A DNA stretch of 64,000 nucleotides from Amphiscolops sp. MND2022 (lineage: Eukaryota): assembly GCA_964187785.1 (NCBI GenBank), contig OZ076409.1, forward strand, positions 79,796,001 to 79,860,000. Reading direction: 5' to 3'. Below are positions 23,247-36,400 of the stretch, piece by piece. The notes below the pieces were generated by a model. That model was given only the letters and a program-made list of their open reading frames with translations, was not told the origin of the DNA and did no database searches. Position numbers and translations under genes: made by a program. Position 1 is the stretch's first letter, and every line of letters starts with the position of its first letter.

Positions 23247-26200
23247 TTGAAGAGTTCTATCGACAAGCCACAATGGGAGAGCAACATGAGAGCAATTCAA
23301 AGCTTTGGGGCAAAATTGGATGAAATACATGCTGAGCAGCGCAAAGCAGATGTAACGAAGGAAAAACTCGCAGACCTTCTACCGAACCGACAAGACCTAC
23401 TGCCTAGATGGAAGACACTCGTCGGGGCGAACACAGCACTCTTGAAAGTCAAGTATCAGCCAGAATGGGCGGATAATAAAGGCGACCGATTCTGCAGATA
23501 TCGGAATGAATTAGATTCCTTGGAAACACGACATAAAAACATTAATCAGATGCTCACAATGATGAGGAGCCTAAAGAATGAAGGACAGTTGAAGGAGTTC
23601 CTACAATTTCAAAACTCCAAAGAGAAATGTGATGAAATGCTTCAGAAAAACGAAGATGAAATCAATACAAATCGGGATACTCTTTGCAACTCAGAGGATT
23701 ACAAAGCATTGGTGGAAACAACCGAAGAAACCCTCAAAAGGAGAGATGAAATTGTGGCCGAGATGGATGAGTTGTTGAAACACAGTGGAGATACTTCAAT
23801 CTACAGTGAGTTGCATCGTATGGAGGGAATAATTGCCCGTGCCAGGGTGAATTGGCAAGAGCAACAACTAAAGTCCCGTGACACTTCTCCTCAGAACCTC
23901 AGAAGAATGCGAATGAAGAAATGGCACAAGGTACCGATAGGCCCAATTCGTTTGAGAATCGTTGTGTTAATGAGGTGAATTCGCTACCTGAAGAAAGAGA
24001 TCAGTGTGCAAGCAAGGCACATTCAAAGGGCAACAGAACATCAGTTAGTTCAAAGTCAACTACCACAAAGCGAGTGATGCTCCTCGAACTGGAAGCAATG
24101 AAGAAACAAGAAGAAATCGATGAACAACTAGCTGCCAAGAAGCGCGAAGTAGAGATCCGAAAGAAACAAGAGGAGATGAACATGAGGATACTAGCGGAAG
24201 AATCAGAGATTGCGAAACTCGAAGAAGAAAAAGAGAAGTGTTTGGAACCATGTTACCTCCAAATCAAACAACAACGAACAACAAGATGACAAATGATACG
24301 GTACCGCCACATGTTGAACCCCCGTTAGCCTCACTGCACCCCCACATAGTCATTTCGGACACACAAGAATCGAAAACATGAGTCTACCAGCCAGTCTACC
24401 AAAACTGAAGTTAGCAGAATTCTCAGGTGACCCATTGGAATGGCCCGAGTGGTCAGGGTTGTTCCTCTCGACTGTCCATGCTGCAAACATCGATGCCAGC
24501 TTGAAGATGAATCACCTCAAAACGCTGGTCACTGGAAAAGCGAAAGAAGTAATTGCTGGACTAGGCTACATCGGAGACATGTATGATATTGCTTGGAATA
24601 CCTTGGTCGCGCACTTTGGAAGATCACAAGTGGTAGTTAACGCACAATTGAGACGAATATACACCTTTCCGCCAGTGAAAGCTTACGACTCTGTAGCATT
24701 GGTCAAATACTCAAGAATAGTTTCAAGTTGTGTACAAGTTCTGACGCAGATGAACTATGTTGGCGACTTGCAGTCAGAAGGCGTCCTGAGTAGTGGGACC
24801 AGAAAATTGCCAATGAACATGAAGACGAAATGGTTGGCGCATGCGAGACAAAATGCTAATTACTACATGGGGCTGGAAGCGTTCAGCTTATGGTTGCAAG
24901 AGATAGCAGCGGTGCAGGAAGATGTTCTCATGACAGGCAATCCCAACGCCGACAAATCAAAATAGGCAAGTAAAGACAAGCCAAAGAACTCTACGTTCTC
25001 AACCTTTGCTGACGACAGTGCCGACAAGAAGACTGGTCATGATTGTCCATTGAAAGATGGTAAACATCCCTTGTGGAAATGTGAGAAGTTTCTGTAGATG
25101 ACTTGTCAAGCACGATATGAAAAAGCCAAAGAGCTGAAACTCTGCTTTTGTTGTTTGGCTGGGAAACATGTAGTGAAAGACTGCACATACAAAGCGTGTG
25201 GAGTCAAAGGTTGTAACAGGCGGCACCATCGACTGCTACACCGCGAGACAAATGAGCGGCAGAAAGGAAGCGGAACGGAAGACCCACAACAGAAGGCGGA
25301 GGCGAACTCTGCATTTTGCTCATTAAAGAGCAGTGAAATTCTACCCGTTATACCTGTCATCATCCAAATTGGAAAAAAGCAAGAATCAACCTTGGCGTTG
25401 TGTGACTCTGGAGCAAGTCTATCGTTCATAGACAAGGAATTAGCCAACAAGTTAAATGCTCACGGGGAAGAAATTGACCTGAGTGTGGCTGGAATACATG
25501 GGACAAATGTGAAATGTGAACGATTCACTGTGGGAATTCGTGGCAAGGCAATGAGCGACACACACCACATGACAGTTTACACTCATCCAAACATAAACGC
25601 CGGAACAAAGATCTACAACTATCAGGAGCTCAAACTTGCCTATCCCCATTTGTCGGTCCTAAGCGAAGAAACATTGAAACTCAAAGATGTAAAAATGATA
25701 TTGGGACAAAACTGCTACCATATACATCGGCCTGTAGAATATAAACGCTGCACGAATGGTGAGCCTTGAGCAGTGAAAACGAAACTTGGATGGACTCTCT
25801 GTGGACCACTTCCACAACAAAAAGCTGTGCAGATGACTGCATCTTGCGTAACAGCCTCTGAAGATGATGCACTGGCAGAACAGATAAAAACGTGGTGGGA
25901 CATAGAATCCTATGCGTCTCGCTGCGTGTGTCTGGAAGGTCCAAGGAAGGTGAGAAGGCGTTGCAAATGCTGGAACAAACCACAAAGTTTGATGGTGAAA
26001 GATATGAAGTTGGTCATCTCCGGAAAAGAAATGACCCCTTCTTGCCAAACAATTACTCTTCTGCATTAGGCCAAATGAAATAGTTGGAGTATTGACTTGA
26101 GAAGAAACCAGATTTGAAGAAACTCTATCAAGACTCTATCAAAATAGATGTTGAAAAGGGATTCGTCAGAATCATAAAGCAGGAAGAATTGAAAGCTACA

Positions 26201-29156
26201 AAATTGGAAAGACAGTGGTATGTTCCACATCACCCAGTAGAAAACCCAAACAAACCAGGAAAGGTGAGGCGAGTGTGCAACGCAGCATTCAAATTCCGTG
26301 GAATTTCCTTGAAAGATAACCTTTTGACGAGGCCGGACCTACTGCAGAATCTGATTGGAATAATCTTCAGGTTTAGAGAACAAAAGATCGCCATCACTGC
26401 TGACCTTGAGGCGATGTTCCTACAAGTGAAAGTACCACCAGAAGATTGTAAAGTGTTGAGATTTCTATAGAGAGACAATCCAAATGAACCCATTAAGGTG
26501 TATGAATATGGAAGACATATCTTCGTAGCCAAAAGTTCGCCAACTTGCGCTAATTTTGCTCTGCAACAAGTTGCCAAAGATAAAGCACACGAGTTCCCAC
26601 AAATTACTAAACTGATAATGCGAAACTTCTATATGGATGACTTCGTCAAGTCTGTCCCCAGCGCGGAGCAGGCAATTGAGTTCTACAATATGTTGAGAGC
26701 GATGTTAGAAAGGGGAGGCTTTCACTTAACAAAATGGATTAGCAACTGCGAACAGACTATGACGTCTATCGACCAAGCAGACAAGTCACCGTCCTCTAGT
26801 AAAACCTTTGAAGCTGAACCGACTTCTCCATCAATCTTGGGACTGCAATGGATTGTTGACGCAGACAATCTGGAAGTCTGCAGAGGCATGCAGAAGGAGA
26901 TACCGGTGAAGATAAAGCAGGGAGCGGTGTTATCCCACATTTCAGCTGTGTTCGACCCTCTGGGAATAGTGTCTCCTTTTACTATCAGATTGCGACTGCT
27001 ACTAAAAGCTATATAGAAGGAGAACGGACAGTCGTGGGATAAAGAACTGAATGAAGAAAATCGACATGCATTCGAGAAATGGGCATCAGAGATGATTCAG
27101 GTGAATCAAATGGTCCTTAAAAGAACATATTTCGAGTCTGGAGTGAACAAAGTTGATCTACATATCTTCTCAGACGCTTCGTTGGAAGCAATGTGTATGG
27201 TTGCTTATTTGAGAAAACAAGACAATGGCGAAGTGATCTTTGTCATAGGAAAATGTAGAGTAGCTCCAATTAGGAACATGACGGTGGCCAAGTTGGAGAT
27301 GCAGACAGCAGTCTTTGGAGTAAGACTGCGTGAACTCATTTCAGAAGAACATGCTGTTGAAGTAGACCAAATCGTACACTGGACAGATTCAACAATGGTC
27401 CTACAATGGCTTCACGCAAGCAACAACAAGCAACCTGTCTTTGTAGCGAACAGAGTCGCAGAAATCCTCGAAAATTCAACTATCGATCAATGGCGGCATG
27501 TTGAAGGAAAAATGAATCCTGCTGACATTGGAACTCGAGGAATGACAGTTGAAGCCCTAAAGGAAAGTGAATGGCTCACAAGGCGGGTGTGGCTCACCGA
27601 GACAGAAGACGCCTGGCCTAAGGCGCCTGAAAGGTTGCAATTAAGCATTCGAGAAGACCCTGAACCCGTCAAGGAAGCTGCTGCAATGGAACCCGCATTC
27701 GAATGGGAAAGATTCAGGTCTTTCAAGAGGATGATTCGAGTGTTCTCATACTGTCTAAGGTGGAAGAAAAAGAGTTCTGGAGAAATTCTGACCGTTGAAG
27801 AACTCAATGCGGCAAAGCTGGCAATTTTGAAACGTTGTCGGAAAGAAATTTTTCATGATGCCTACGAGAAGATCTCTAAAGGACAGCCGTTGTCGGCTTC
27901 AGATCAGTTGAATAAGTTATCGCCGTTTCTGGACGAAAATGGATTGCTGCGACTACATAGCCGACTGCAGCATTCAAGATCAATTTATGAGGTCAAACAT
28001 CCGATCTTGTTGTCAGCAAAGCTCTATGTAGTCATCAAGTTGATTGAAGATGCTCATCGAGCGAACTTTCATGAAGGCACAGAATACGTCAGAAGTGTTC
28101 TGAGGCAAGAATACTGGTTATTGGATTCGAAACGCTTTGAGGAACGTCAAAGCGAAATGTATTAAATGTAGAAAGCAACGAGCTGGAGTGTCTCAGCCAT
28201 TTATGGCTGATTTACCGCGAGAGAGATTGCAGGAACGAGTATTCCCCTTTACAAACACTGGAGTTGACTATTTTGGTCCCTTTGAAGGGAAGTTAATGCG
28301 TAAGTCCATGAAGAGATGGTGTTGTCTCTTCACATGTTTGACAACTAGAGCAGTACACATTGAAGTCGTTCCATCTTTGGAAGCAGAGACCTGCTTAACT
28401 GCTATCACACCGTTTATTGCCCGTAGAGGTAAACCTGCTACAATTCTGAGCGATAATGGGACGAACTTCGTGGGTGCAGCCAAAGAAATGAGAGGATGTA
28501 TAAATGCATGGAATCAGTTAGACATCGAGACGTCGCTAGCTCAAAAGGACATCAAATGGAAATTCAACCCTCCAGGAGCCCCTCATTTTGGAGGAATCTG
28601 GGAACGATTGGTTCGAAGTTGTAAAAAAGCGATGATAGCTGTATCGGATGGACGATCTTTGACAGACGACGTCCTAATAACAACTATGTGTTTAGTAGAA
28701 CAGACTTTGAATGCTAGACCACTGACTAGTGTTAGTGACGATCCGGATGACCTGGAAGATTTGACACCGAACCACTTCTTATTGGGAAGATCTAATTTAG
28801 CCACACCATTCCTACCAGTTGCTCAACGTTACACAGATTTGCGACGAGTATTTCGAGTGTCGCAAGCTTATTCAGATATGATTTGGACTAGATGGACTAA
28901 AGAATATATGCCGGAGTGGAATGTGCGTAATAAATGTAACAAAGATGACGTGAGACAGCTGAAAGTCAACGATTTGGTTTGGTTCGTGGATGAAAATGTG
29001 AAGCGGTCTAACTACAAGATGGCGAGAGTATTTGAAGTGCAAGAAGGAAGCGACGGCAGAGTTAGATCTGCGACAGTGGTGACAAAAGATGGCAAACTCA
29101 AAAGACCAGTAGTGAAACTGGCACCCCTGTTCTATGAAAGTGTTTTTCGGGAGTGA
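23247..29156 (+). pseudogene. BEL/Pao gag-pol (DUF1759-type gag, Cys knuckles, protease, RT, RNase H, integrase), many stops and frameshifts
   Basis: LPKLKLAEFSGDPLEW, CFCCLAGKH, LCDSGA, YVPHHPV, FYMDD, IFSDAS, NPADIGTRG, GVDYFGP, SDNGTNF, GGIWER and RPVVKLAPL motifs. Confidence 0.95.
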
Positions 29157-29170
29157 AACAGGGCCGGCAA

Positions 29171-30052
29171 TGTTGGCGCCAGTCAATCGCGTGATCAGAA
29201 ACTCACACTCGAACGTGACTGATGAAGCTTACAACTCGAAACACTTAGAAACTTTGTCAAAATTTGAGTTGGGAAATTACAAGTTTCAGCAGAAATGTGC
29301 CTGAGACAAATTGGGCCACCCCCCCGTCCCGATGAACCACTTCATCAATCACCTTGAAACTCGGCACACATATAGTGGTGGTGCTATTCTAACTTTTCAA
29401 TCATAACACCCTACCCCGTATCTCCCCTGGGTTCAGAGCAATTAACACCCAAAGTGACCAAGGTCGGACCCCAGGAAAACCCATTTTTGATGCATTAATA
29501 ATTATGTGATTTTCTCATTTGACCTTGAAGGAAATGTAACTCTGTTGAAATTTATGATATTTACATTGTGTAAACATGCTTTAGAGCCCACCTAACCAAC
29601 ATGCTATACCCACACTATGGTTTGTTTACATAGCCAATAACTTTGATAATTCACTTAAATGTCATTCATTTATACTTCATATTTCAACTCATATTTATCG
29701 AATAATTGTAAACGATATGTATACCATTGTTAGATAGGCATAAATTGATTGGAAAGCTGTATTAAAGTCGGGTCTCAGGACCACACATATTCTCAATTCA
29801 TTTCTTCACCTCTTTTCGACTTTTCGCCAAAGACTTAGGGCGACTAAGTTAGTTACTCTCAACTTGTGGAGAGTTGGACGTTTTAAGAGACAAGGAAGAA
29901 GTGCAATTCGGGATCATTGGATCCTACTAAGTCAAGATACAGTCCTTTTAATCTAAGAAACAAGCAGTGTTCGGTAACGATCCGCAGTGCCGAGCACCGA
30001 ATTCAGGGCGGCGTAAAGTTTGGTCAATTGAAGGGATCAAGCAGCCGTTACA
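29171..30052 (+). repeat. BEL/Pao 3' LTR
   Basis: TGTT...TACA, direct repeat of the 5' LTR. Confidence 0.95.
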
Positions 30053-30411
30053 GGGACTTTTGTTGTTTCTCTAGTGTACAAGAACTTTTTTACATGAAAC
30101 ATTGGAGCATGCAGGTTTTTTTTCGAGAAAACAAACAGAACCTTCAGGAACCTCATAAGTTTCTCTGTAGTTTGAAAAGTCCCGTCAGCATTTCCCTTTG
30201 CTTTGAAAAAAAGTCGAAGATTTCTGAAAAACATTTGGAAAAAAGTCCATGCAGGCGAAGAGGAACAAGGAGACGAGCAAGAATTTATTCATTTATAAGT
30301 TTGGTTCAATCATTTTTACAAATCAGCCATTTTTGAAATTAAATGGGAAATCTGCAATATTCTCTGTGCTTGGTTTGCTTCACTGAGAAGCGGCACTCAA
30401 TCTAGCTTCAT

Positions 30412-33400
30412 CTAACAGTTGAAAAAAGACCCAAGAACTAAACTTTTGTCTTTGGCGTTCGGCGACATCAAATAATCCAGAATAAAAACAGATGAAATCC
30501 ATGTTTCGTCAAACGAAGCATCCAATACCAGCCAAGTTTCTGCAAATTCCCTTTTACTTAGCAGATGATTGTGGGCAACTTCCAATAAAGGAGGTATTTG
30601 TTCGACTGTTCGTTTCTCGAAAAAAGCTTTGTCTAATGCTGTAAAATCTTTAGGAGGCATCCAAACAGTGTTTTTCAAAACATTCATTTTCAGATGCTTC
30701 AATTCTTTGGAGTAAGCATCGTTTTTCCCGAAATCTGGAAGAAACCAATTCGTGGAGAATCCGGTTGCTTTAACTAGCTGTCTTAAGGACGATAAGAGTA
30801 TGTTGCGAAGTTTCGCGTCATATTGAATTCTTTCGAGGTAACTTAAAGGCTGTGGGCCCTCGCCTCTGATGCCTAAAATCAGTCTTTTGTTCTGGCTCCA
30901 CTCTCTAACCAAATCCGCATGGTCTTCGATGAAATCTCGATAGAGAAACAGACCGATATTGATCCTCGCAGTACTTCGATGTGCTAAAACTGATTCGACG
31001 AGACGAATAGCTTTACTGCGGCTCATTCCAATTGCAATAACTAGCTTTATCTCTCCTCTACTGTCACTTTTATGCGGACAAAACTTGTTTGTGACAGTTT
31101 GAAGATCCCCTACAATCTTCGGGCTCCAATTACTTGCTGAAGGAATCTCGGGATACTCTGCCTCCCATTTGTCATAGGTCACACCGTTTTCTTTCATTCG
31201 AGTTCGCAAGTTGTTCTTCTGTTTATTCGACCATCCAGTAGGTTGCCAGTCATGGAACTCGAGAAAAAATTTGTCCACATACTTAAAAAAACTTTTTCCT
31301 CAAGTATACTATTTTCATACTTGTTTTTTTTCAGCAATCAGTATTTAATTTTCTATACACCCCATAGTCTTCAACATCATTATTTCAACCTACCTTAGTG
31401 ACGTAAAAAAGTGATGTAACTTTGCATATTCAGATGGTGTCGTTTTGACTTCGATCTTTTCGCGATGAATATGATATTGAAAATGTGACAAAAAGATGAT
31501 AACTTTATTTTGTTTTTAAAAATCAGTAAAATGCCAATTTCGCTACATTGTTCAAAGGGTGGGTGTTTTGGCGAACGCAAGATCTACTTGGTCTTTACTG
31601 TAGCGACACTATTTGTAAAACTTACCAACTATTGAGCGATTTGGTAATTTGAATAAAATCACAGGAGGAAAAGTTTCCCTTGAACGTTCCATCATTTAAC
31701 ATTTTGTTGATAACTGCGTATTCGGCACCTTCAATGTCCATCTTCAGGACGACTTCGTCAGTTATTTCAAAGTTGTCAGAAATGAATTGCGAAAAATCGA
31801 TTGTTGGCACTTGCACAACTCGTTTGAGTCCGCGCCATTCATCTTTACCCACAGCAGAGAAAGTGAACAAAGAGCCCCCTCCCCATTTAGACTTCAGAGC
31901 TTTTGCATTTTGGGATGTCTCCGCAACTTTCGATCGGCCAAAGTAGTCCCATAGACTTAAATACAAGAAAGTATATTATTAATTTCTTATTGTTTGGACT
32001 ACTCACTGTAACAGGTTTGAAAAACAACCTATGAGTTGTGTTTTGTTCCATTTTCTGATGATACTTGTTACGACTATTCATCGGAGTAGTTTTGGATGTA
32101 GTCGCTTTAGTCTTCACAGGGCTGGACGTATGAGCCACGGTGGTGTTCTCAGGTTCAGAATCAGAATCCTCCAAGGTGCGGTGGTCGGAAGACCTTTTAG
32201 TCATAGGTGTTATGAGTTTTAGCATTTCTTTTTGGTTTTCTGCTAGGATTTTTGTCAGGTCAGACATAATTTCTTTTCTCAAGGACGTTTTTATTTCGTC
32301 AAAATTTTAGGGTTGGATCCTAGGTGATTTGCTAGGACCTGCGACTAAACTTTCGGGCTAGTTACTTTCAGCTACTGAAGACTCAAACCCTCCTGAGGCT
32401 AGCTCAGCTACAGCTTTCCATTTTTGACTCCTAGTTGTCATTTTTCAAGTTGGGAAGAAAGAAGGTCTTTGGGATTGATGAACTCGTCAAAGAAAAGCTT
32501 CTCTTTACGTTTCAACAGCAAAAATTTTCAAACGAACAAATCACAAAACAATTAACTAACTCTAATTCTAGAGCTCAACATATAGATACCATCTCAACAT
32601 CATTTGTTCCTCACCTAAAAGTTCCTAGGTATCACAAAACTCGGATTTGTTCACTAGAAAGCCCTAATGATTTCAGTTCCGCTTCATAAAATCAGGTATC
32701 AAAAATCCTAGCTGCGTCGCTATTCCGTAACTCTCGTTGAAATCATTTTTGTTCAGGCAAATCCATTTCTTGTTTTAACTCTAAAATTGCGGCAAAATAA
32801 AAGTCTAGTAAACATTTTCATCGACGGAGGTACGCCGGCGTGATCAATTAGTCAGTCTAAAAAGTTGAGAAATTTGAATTTCAAGACAAAAGTATGATAC
32901 TCAAAAAATGGCAACGCAACTAATACTGAACAAAAAATTTCGGAAATAGAAATATATAGATATTGAAAGGGAACAAATGATGCTAAGAAGATTACCTTCC
33001 AGATTAGGATATTGCATGTTAACCGTCTTCTTGATTTACTCATATGACCTACCCACGTACAACGCAGTCACTATACCGCATCTTGTTTGGTTCTTCACAT
33101 CGATTAGCGACCCTTAAGATGATTCCCTGTACGTGAAACTTCGTGTTTACGGAATTGTCCACGTTGTTTGGCCCTCTGAAGTCATACCGACCGTAGAACG
33201 GCTCTCTTTCACGTGGGCACGGAGACAACAGCGATTCTAATTGGGGAGTTGTAGCCTTCTGGCGAATTGGACAGTTGTCCATTACACCCCTTTGCTCTGG
33301 TCCGCTCTCATTGTCCAGTCATAAGGACCTCTCAATTGCGTTGTGGGCAAGCTACTAGGGTTTACTACACACCGAAACGAACAGCACAACCAGGAACCAA

Positions 33401-36400
33401 CTTTTGAACTCAAAAACAGCAACATCTGAGTCGCATCCAGTTTTTTTGAGAAAACCATGGAAAATCACCCGCCGCTAAAGAAACCTATGAAATGACCCTT
33501 TGGGCTCCTAAACCCTTTCCTGAGTGAAAATTCAGGAACACAAGAAGTGAAATAAACAAGATCATTTTTGGGAAAAGTCCCACTGTGCCGATACAAATGC
33601 TAATGAAAAGTCAACTTTTTCAGGGAGTCGCTGTGGACGTTTTAAGATGCTTTTCAGATCTTGGGCAGAAATTATATATCCTGATTTCTTGTCTGGCACG
33701 TTTCGATGTTCTAGTCACAACGGAGGACTTCAGAAAAAAAGACCTCTACAAGTCAACTCTGTGTTTGATAAAAACAAACTACTAGCATTATGGGCATTCC
33801 AAAAGTAGGTTTAGAAATAATGGTTCAGTTCCTGTATCAAGCAGCACGCATTCACCAACTGCATTCTAGTTGGCATTTTTAAAAGAGAGCAAGATAATTC
33901 AGTGCCTAGTGTAAAAGTGCCCACAACTAAACAAGCGACAACGAAAAATTGTATTCAGCGACCTAGATATCTAGGGCTTAATTCTTGCTCAAGACTCTAG
34001 TACATTTTCCTAAAGTAGGACGATATTGCGACAGACGGTATTGATCAGCTTATACATACTGGCTCTCGACAGGGATCAACAATAACCAGTTCCATAACCC
34101 GGTGACAGTTTGTTGTTTGTTGTTTGTTTAACTTGACTTTTTTGCGATGTGGTGTATGATTTGGAATTAAAATGAACACTTGATATTGAATGCATATAAA
34201 CATGGCGTAAGTTAGTCAATCTTTGACCACATTCCGCTAATTGCAAAATGGAAGTTAGTCAAAATTTGACTTAGGTACGAAGAAGTGCATTTTTGAACCA
34301 ACTTCCACTTTTCACTAAGTACGCGCCTTGGCTAGCTTACACCATTTTCCATTACGCGCGTTGACGCAGCTACACCTTCCAGGAGTAGACCGTCTTGACT
34401 GGCTTACGCTGAATGACAATTTTGCGGATTACACAGATTACGCTGCGTGACTGAAATCCATTATACCGGGATGTGTCTCGTAATTGTAATCGTCGCTTTC
34501 TCCACCAATAGAGGTGGAGGAACCTATGGAAGGAGCAGGCGCCCGGGACAAGCGTCTATTGTCATAAACCCATTTTGCCCGTCAGGGAGGAAGTCCCGCT
34601 TCTTTGGAGCATTTGCCGACCTATCCCAGTGTGTTACTGCCACCACAACAAGCACCTTGTTTTTTTCCTCAGGACCATCGTCTAGACAGCTTTTAGAAAC
34701 GCGTGTTTTGGTGCTAACCTGTGAATTTCCCTCAATCATAGGTACCAGAATAAAAGAATGCCCACGAGCTAAGACAATGTAAAAAACACGACAAATCACA
34801 ATCTAATTGACATGAAACAACGACAACAAAGGACCGCAAGCACTGTACGCAAAATTAGGCTAAAAGACACTCATTTTACGAGTTCTTTCAGTAGCAACAT
34901 GCTAAGGAGTACGCGAGTTTGAATCAGTTTACTGTCTCAGCGTAATAAGCATTTGGCTAATTAAGTCTTCTGTGGTTTGCTTTCCGGCCTCTTCATTACG
35001 ACTCCAATCAGGGGAAAACAGGGACAGCAACAAATCTGTTGTAGTCTTATCTGACTTTTGTCACTTCTTGAAAATTTCTAAACGTTCCCGATTGGCGTCG
35101 TAATGTTTGTCTCTGTTTTTCGGGTCGCCCCACGGTTTTCTGTGTTGTTTCACCTGTTTCAATTTCGGACACTGGTGTTTGGACTGACACGGTCATCATT
35201 AGCGCCAAATTATTGTCCCTTCTAGTGTTTCAAAATTAGAACATGTCTATCATAAAGTGACGTTACCGTTTGTTTTTATATATCCAAGTTTGACTATTTC
35301 AACCGCAATATCATATAGAGTGTAAATAACGTAAATTTTATCGTAAGTAACGTTAATTTTGGGTCTCTCTCTTTACACAGGCATTTCTAGTTACCGCTTA
35401 TGTTAAGAAACGCAGAAAATTTTTGTTGTTTTTCGAAGTGAAACGAAATGACAGATTCTATAAAGCTTTCATAATTTCTACTTGAAATTCAAATGTTCGG
35501 CTCGATGGCCTACTGTTTCAATCCAGAAGGCCTAGTGGTGATCACCCATAAGACGTAGCTTCGAATTCAGCACAAATTGTCTTCTCGGATATAGGAATAA
35601 AAGTAATATGAGCTGTACACAGCGTCATCAATTCCGATGCTTTTTCTTCTCCTACATGTCAGGCTCAAGGCGGGAGTTCGAATCCAGCAAGTGCTGAAAT
35701 TTTAATCTTTTGAAGTCGAACTACATCAAAAAAATCAAGTATCATAAATTAGATATAACGAAGATCATTCGGATGTTACGCGTTTTTAAGTTCGTGTTTT
35801 TCCATACTACCCCAGGCAGAAAGCTTAGCTGAAATTTAATCAACGTCAAATTTTCTCAAATTCAACTACACCATGGACATTATCTGACGGATTGCATGTA
35901 GCTTAAGATATTTCGGATATATCGTATGGAGTTCGGATATAACGTATATGGTTCTTAACAATTTTCTTTAATTCCCTTCCAACTTCTAAAAGCAATCCGA
36001 AGGGTCTACTAGTTTTATGGAATATTTCTGGGCACGATGACACGTTTTTTCTCGTTTTTTCGCTAAGGTGTATTGACCGCTTATTGCAAATTTCGTGAGC
36101 AATCAATACACTGGTCTGCTGCAAGTTTGCAGTACGTCGTGCAGTTTGACCAATAAGCGTGCGCCAAGTTCGGATGTTCCCAGCTTGTTTCATCGTGCAG
36201 AAATCGGGGTTTTCAATCCAACCAAAACTTTTCAAGTTTCTTCTTTACCAGATTTCTTGTAACGTTCAATAAGCACATTGTTTTTGTCTAAACGCATCTT
36301 GATATTCAAAACCAACATTTCCCGCTAATTCAAAAATCACTTCGCAAATTTTTTGTTTCTTTTCATATCAAAACTATTTGCACTGCGCACTCGTTCCAAT

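Larger units (their letters stand above)
21878..30052 (+). mobile_element. Full-length BEL/Pao LTR retrotransposon, defective
   Basis: LTRs 21878-22761 and 29171-30052 nearly identical; 5-bp TSD GGGAC; PBS TGGTCCGCAGACCCGGA (tRNA-Tyr-like) at 22764. Confidence 0.97.

Noticed and set aside
35640..35700. tRNA gene from the GTTCGAATCC B-box
   Set aside because: No recognisable D-arm or acceptor stem.
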